A stretch of DNA of 64,000 nucleotides from Botryllus schlosseri (Eukaryota), in contig CM119374.1 in NCBI GenBank assembly GCA_051294905.1, positions 23,374,001 to 23,438,000 on the forward strand, in the 5' to 3' direction. The position numbers and the translations under genes were made by a program. Positions 58,518-64,000 of this stretch are shown one piece after another; within the stretch, counting starts at the first letter, position 1; each line of letters starts with the position of its first letter. Below the pieces are notes generated by a model. The model was not told the origin of the DNA. It saw nothing but the letters and a program-made list of their open reading frames with translations, and ran no database searches.

Positions 58518-61500
58518 TCCTATTTCCGAGATATGTCCAAACTACTTCAAGTAAATGTAGAAACTGAAGGCCTGAACAGTACTCGAGTAGGTAATTTAAT
58601 AAGAAGATTTGGCCGATCGTTTGCAGACTTTTAGCAGCTGGGTGGACAATGGACATGAACACTTTCGAAGCTAGGTGCATCTTCGCAACTAACGCCAGTG
58701 AGAATACAAATATAAGGTGGAATTTTCGAAAATGTATTCAGTTACCACGATACGCCCATTTGTCATAACAATTCGACTCATAATAGGGATGCAATCATCT
58801 CCCGAAACTGCTTTCTATTTTATAAAATCCGAAAGTACATACTGTGTAAATTAGGTAGGCCTACGTCTACTTTAGCCTACGAAACTTTTCAGTACAAGTC
58901 GAATAGTCAAAAAACTAGAGATGGCCAGTAACGAAGTAGGCCTACTACTTTTTCGAAGTTCTCAAGTAGTTCCTTTGCTTGCAGTACTGACTTAAATCTA
59001 ATTTTTGGTTACTTATATACTTCGTTTTATTTTGTGACTTGCGTAGACTACTTACTTCTCGCTATTCAGTTTGTCAAGCAGAAGTAGTATGTACTGTACT
59101 TCCAATAATTAGAGAGTGGGACCAAGGCTGAGAAAGTTGGGCTCTGTTTTTGCGGAGAGTTGAGAATTTTCGTGATGCTTGGCACGATATATATGGAGTA
59201 ACCAATATTTTTTCACGAAAGACCCGGTCAATATAATTTATGTAGCAGTCGTGTGGTTAATGTGCGCAATTTCAGGCCGTGTCAGTTTTATTGCAATAAA
59301 AGAACTTGGCAGAGTTAGTAATCGTAGCAGCGACCATATTTTCGGTTGCCTTCCTAACGGCATTAATGTAGCATCCGATAAAACTTTTCCGTATCATTCG
59401 TCGTCTTATAAACTATACGGGCCTTGTAGGAGTGCACAATACCGTCGGATCCGTATACTGTGGAAGGTATTGATCTCCTATATACAAATAGGCCTACATG
59501 GGATATATCACGAGACAAATACAGCTCCTCTGCGCCGTCTGTATAATGTAGGCTATATGTCAATTCCGGGTTTTCATGGCTCATTGGAGAATACAACTGC
59601 GTTTCAACATCTTTTTACTGACTTGAATAGCTTTCAAAGGCCTCAAATTCTACTTCTACTTCTTCGAAAAGCACTACTTCTGCTCTTATTTGAGTAGAAT
59701 TCTGCGTCGCTACTTCTACGTGAGGTGATCCCTTGACCCCTTTGACCACATCTGCTAAAACTATAACCGCTTTAGTATATAGTACAAGTTGGTAAAACTT
59801 GCATGAATACTCGGACAAATTAGACGTAGGCTACTATCGCTACTGATCAGCTCTGTCGAGGAATAAGTTAAGGGATACGTAGCCTATGTAAGATATTTGA
59901 AGGGATTTGCATCACATTAAAAGGTATGTTATCCAGCCGCAATCAGTAGTGAAACTTCAAAAGTATATTCCACTCACTGACAGTACAGTGATGGAGGTAG
60001 GCCCAGACATTTTGGAAGTTACATCATTCGTCATTGATGTTGAAAGTTTTTTCGGTTACTATGAGAACTTTTGCAAGCCTTCTATTTTCAGTATCTGCGT
60101 GGAAGTAATTTTGGCCTGTTGTATTCCATCTTCACTTACACAGTGGAGCGTCACAGTCATCTCTGTCTTTATCTCACGCGACCTGCTGAAGTGTCACCGA
60201 AGCTCAAGCTTTGTAACGACTGGCGTAGCCTATGGGAATTCCGCTTTAGGCCGCTTCTCAGCCTCGTACTTGGCAAATTGTGACGTGACGCTATCTGTGT
60301 CCACCACGACATGCTGTGGTTAAATCTTATTCGCATACACTAATTCCAAACCGTCCTCATCCTGGTTACGTCTATGTTGTTGTTCGTGGTATTCATGGTG
60401 TTTCACGGCTACTATGGTCATTTACACCAAGCCAATTTTCTTCATGTCTATTCCGTAGCTGCCGATTTGTAGCACGGTCCACTTCTAGGCTTTTTGTAAG
60501 ACACCGCTTACGCGGATGATTGGCGAGGAGGAGCCTAGATAAACCTCCAATACTTAGGTAGGAATTCGGAGTCGGACTTGAACCCGCCATCCATTGTTGT
60601 ACGCTACCTCGGCACCTACACGTCTATCGATGACTTATCACCACAGATGCTATTAATAGGGCAGGGTAGAACCAGCGTGTACTCAAGTACACGCTGGTAG
60701 AATGATAAGGGTAATCGGACACAGAAGCGAGTAGAAATCGTAATGATTGGAGTCAATTTATTCGAGTGCTAAATTAGATAACCCTGCAACTATGAATTAT
60801 CTGATCAGCGACGAGATCGTTTCGGTAATTTCTTTCCAGCGTAGAACCTTTAAGCATACATCACAGCTGAAGGCTATTAGGCCTATACGAAGGTTGTTGA
60901 TTGTTCAAAATAAGTTCGGTTCGGAATTTTACTGGCTATATAGTTGAAAAATTTGTTGTGTTGTTGAAAAGACCCTGCACATAGTTGTAGTCCATTCAAA
61001 CCAGTAGAAGCGAAGTTATCAGTATTTGAATTTCGACCATTTTTATAAATAATAATAAATATAATTTACGGTGGCAAATTTCGTTCATACTTCATCGCCA
61101 TGAGAAACATGCCTTTTCACGCGGTTTTAACTCGGGATGAGCCTGCACTATAATCGAAAAGGGCGTGCATTTCTACCCGTGTACCAGCCATGAAATACGG
61201 GTGTGAATATACATCCATACCACACGAAACCAAAAACTATTCCTCAGACTTATACCGCTACCGCGGTATAAATCGAGTACAACATTTTATTCAAATTATG
61301 CATGCACGTAGTGTAGGATGGTATGTTATGCATGTATAGCATTTATGACCGCAATATAGGCCTACAATACACATATATATGAGTTAGGTTCTGTTGTCGT
61401 GTACCTCCCTTTTTGACCTTTTGGGCGTGGATACACACTAGTTTTGCTAAAGGTGTGTGTGGTAGCGTTTGGATGAAGAAATTGCGAATTATTGAAGCAA

Positions 61501-63240
61501 ATTACGACGCTGATAATCTGGAAATTATCCACTTCATCAAGATAGCCCGCATTATTAAACCCATGGTGATATGGATTGTAAAAGAAATACTTTCTACACT
61601 GTAATCGAGGAAATGTATAATAAATTTAGGCAACCTGCCATTTTTTCAACTAGCCAGTGAAAATTGGGAAATGTTATTTCTTGAAAAACCCTATCCTCAC
61701 GTTTGCTGAAATGGCGTTTATGTAAATTAATCGACTCGCAGCATCATCGTTTATCGCAAACCGTGGTTCATCATCAGAATTTTCTTTGCTGGGTCAAACA
61801 CCATATTTTCATATTTCGTTGGACTTGCATAAAAGGTACGCTACATATTTTAACAGTCTTACTATACTCGAATACAGGAGGCTTAATACACAACTTCGAA
61901 TTGAATCAGTCAAGTGCTCGACTTTGCTCTATGCTCATTATTGCTCAGCTCATGCAATCGCGAGCATGGTAGGCCTAATCGTCATACAGGAGTTGGGGAA
62001 AGTAGTCGTTGCTGATGTAATCGAGTAGCAGCAAATACCATAAATTTGCACCCGATGTTAAGTTAGCGATTTCCGATGGATATCGGAACTACTCTGAGTA
62101 AAAGTTTAGAAAGAAAGCTCTGACAAATACTCTGAAGTAGTACGGGAAAGCAGCGATTAGTTGCCTACGAGACGCCGTAGTCTTATGTTAGTCATGGCCG
62201 GTGGCAGTAGGCTATATAACGTTGCAAGATATGAGGGCAGAATGGCGATAAACACTGTAGGTGCAATTCCCGAAAATGAATCTGTTATCTTCCAGTTGGG
62301 CGAAGACAATGAAAATGATAAGAATCTTGGAATTGGCTACTCGCAAAAGAGCCTATATGATTGAAAGAATTCGAGACGAGAAGTGGTGACGACAGCTTAT
62401 GCTTTTGACTATGGAACTTACTCGACCGTTTGCAGTTTATCGGCGAGAATTGTTTCATTTCACTGTATGTAAACGATCGTCACGCTGCCTCGAAATTGGC
62501 CGAGGGTTTATCGCATCACACATTACACGCGATTCCAGGGCACCACATTAGTGATACTATATTCGGGGGCAGAGGTGGGAGAGAGTCCATTTTCGTTAGC
62601 CCCATTGTACGATCGAGAAGCATAGAAATCGCCAGGTTATCGTGTCATCTCCATTATTTTTCCTATCCTTCAATGGCGGTAAAGCCGTGCAGGTCAGTTC
62701 ACCAGCGTGCTAACCGATAAAAGTCATAAGTTCTGCATGCGAATATGCGTTATTTTGTCGCAATCAATGATGGTGAAGCGAGCGATTTTCCAACGCTATT
62801 CACTTCGACGATTGCCATAAGATTTCGTGAACTTATAGCCTTACGATGTTAGCGTATGGACGAATTCATGAAGCGCTCACACGCCTTACTACTGTATAGT
62901 ATATACATTGTTCTGTACATTGTAAAGCAGGGGTGGCCAACCTTTTCGGCCCACGGGCCACATGAGATTTATGGACCATTGCGCGGGGGCCACTTGAATG
63001 TTGATGACCTTTAGAGTCAGATAGAAGCGAACGGGATTAGGTAACGGTGAAAACAATACTCATATTACAACGCATTAAAATCGACACAATTATATCATGG
63101 AAACTGAGGGTGCAGTGATTATTTCATAGTTAATGAATGAATTCGTTCAATAATAGCAAGTGGCCTCTCATTTGGCAAGTACAGGATTATTCTGCGCTTG
63201 GACATGGACAATTGGACATATCAATATCGATGATTTCGGT

Positions 63241-63900
63241 GAGAGAGAGAGAGAGTCTTTATTTTCATCCAACCAAAATACATAACTCACGGCAGTGGTG
63301 GTGGTACAGAAAATATGCATGCACAGTATTCGGTATTAGATAGGAATGATCGATAAGACCGTGAAGGTCATCTAGTCTGATCACACCAGCATCAAACAGG
63401 TACACTTGACTCTAAACAGCCTGGCTGTAAAAAATGTTGCGGTATAGTTAAAAAAATAAAATAGAAGAAAAATTAAACAATGGTAGCAAATGATCAATGA
63501 AGCAATGTCTGGGCGAATTAGGGCAACAGTGTTAATGTAACGACAAGAGGTGATCAAGTAGGGCTTTTTTGAATCTATTATAAGGCAATTCATGGATATG
63601 TGGTGGTAATGCATTCCAGATGATAGGTCCCGAGTAGTCGATAGATCTCTTAGTTAGGTTGCTATTGGGTGGGGGCAAGTAGATATTTCCTTTAGACGAG
63701 GATCTCGTGTAATGGGAGTGGACATTTTTAGCAGGCATGAAAAAGTCATCAAACATCCGTCTATCATTTTGTTCAAAGGTTTCATCGCCAAAGATCTTTC
63801 TATGAGAGTAGACGCGAAGTCACGTGTTAGGCGACAAGTTCTCTCATAATTGCGACTCAATTCTATAAATTGGGAGTATATCTAATTTTGTGGACGGGGT
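63241..63900 (-). mobile_element. 3' end of a CR1/L2-group LINE, frameshifted
   Basis: ORF 63756-63532 contains HSHYTRSSSKGNIYLPPPNSNLTKRSIDYSGPIIWNALPPHIHELPYNRFKKALL; upstream frames are interrupted; (TC)n tail at 63241-63255. Confidence 0.8.
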
Positions 63901-64000
63901 ACCAATACTAAACGCAAGAATTCGAGTGACAATAAATCGCGCGAAGTGCTAAGAAAATCAAGTGAAATAAATCTGCCACGAAATATTCTACTCTATGTTC

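Noticed and set aside
59179-60323. 172-aa and 138-aa plus-strand ORFs
   Set aside because: Non-ATG starts, no recognisable domains, overlap with TACTTC-rich repeats.

Overview
Intron-rich animal genomic DNA, probably an invertebrate deuterostome (taxon is inference only). Three protein-coding genes: (1) the 3' ~3190 codons of a fibrocystin-L/PKHD1L1 homologue (+, 4-42146; 64 exons reconstructed by hand, one of them an inferred micro-exon), with IPT/TIG repeats, a cupredoxin-like module, two G8 domains, two PbH1 regions, two furin sites, a TM helix and a 52-aa tail; (2) a five-exon SDR9C-like short-chain dehydrogenase (-, 44428-50930) that keeps its catalytic N/S/YxxxK residues but has lost both dinucleotide-binding motifs and carries an 80-aa Ser/Thr/Pro-rich insertion; (3) a cathepsin B with an intronless CDS (+, 55698-56699). 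Between the SDR and cathepsin B lies a probable box C/D snoRNA (-, ~53800-53886) with a SNORD68-like 28S guide, inside a chain of tiny apparently non-coding exons. Introns hold many repeats: Penelope-like fragments whose pseudo-LTRs carry minimal hammerhead ribozyme motifs, hAT and piggyBac non-autonomous elements with target-site duplications, a foldback element, two LINE 3' ends, a tRNA-derived SINE and tandem duplications. All exon boundaries were read by eye and checked for phase continuity; no alignments or database searches were run.
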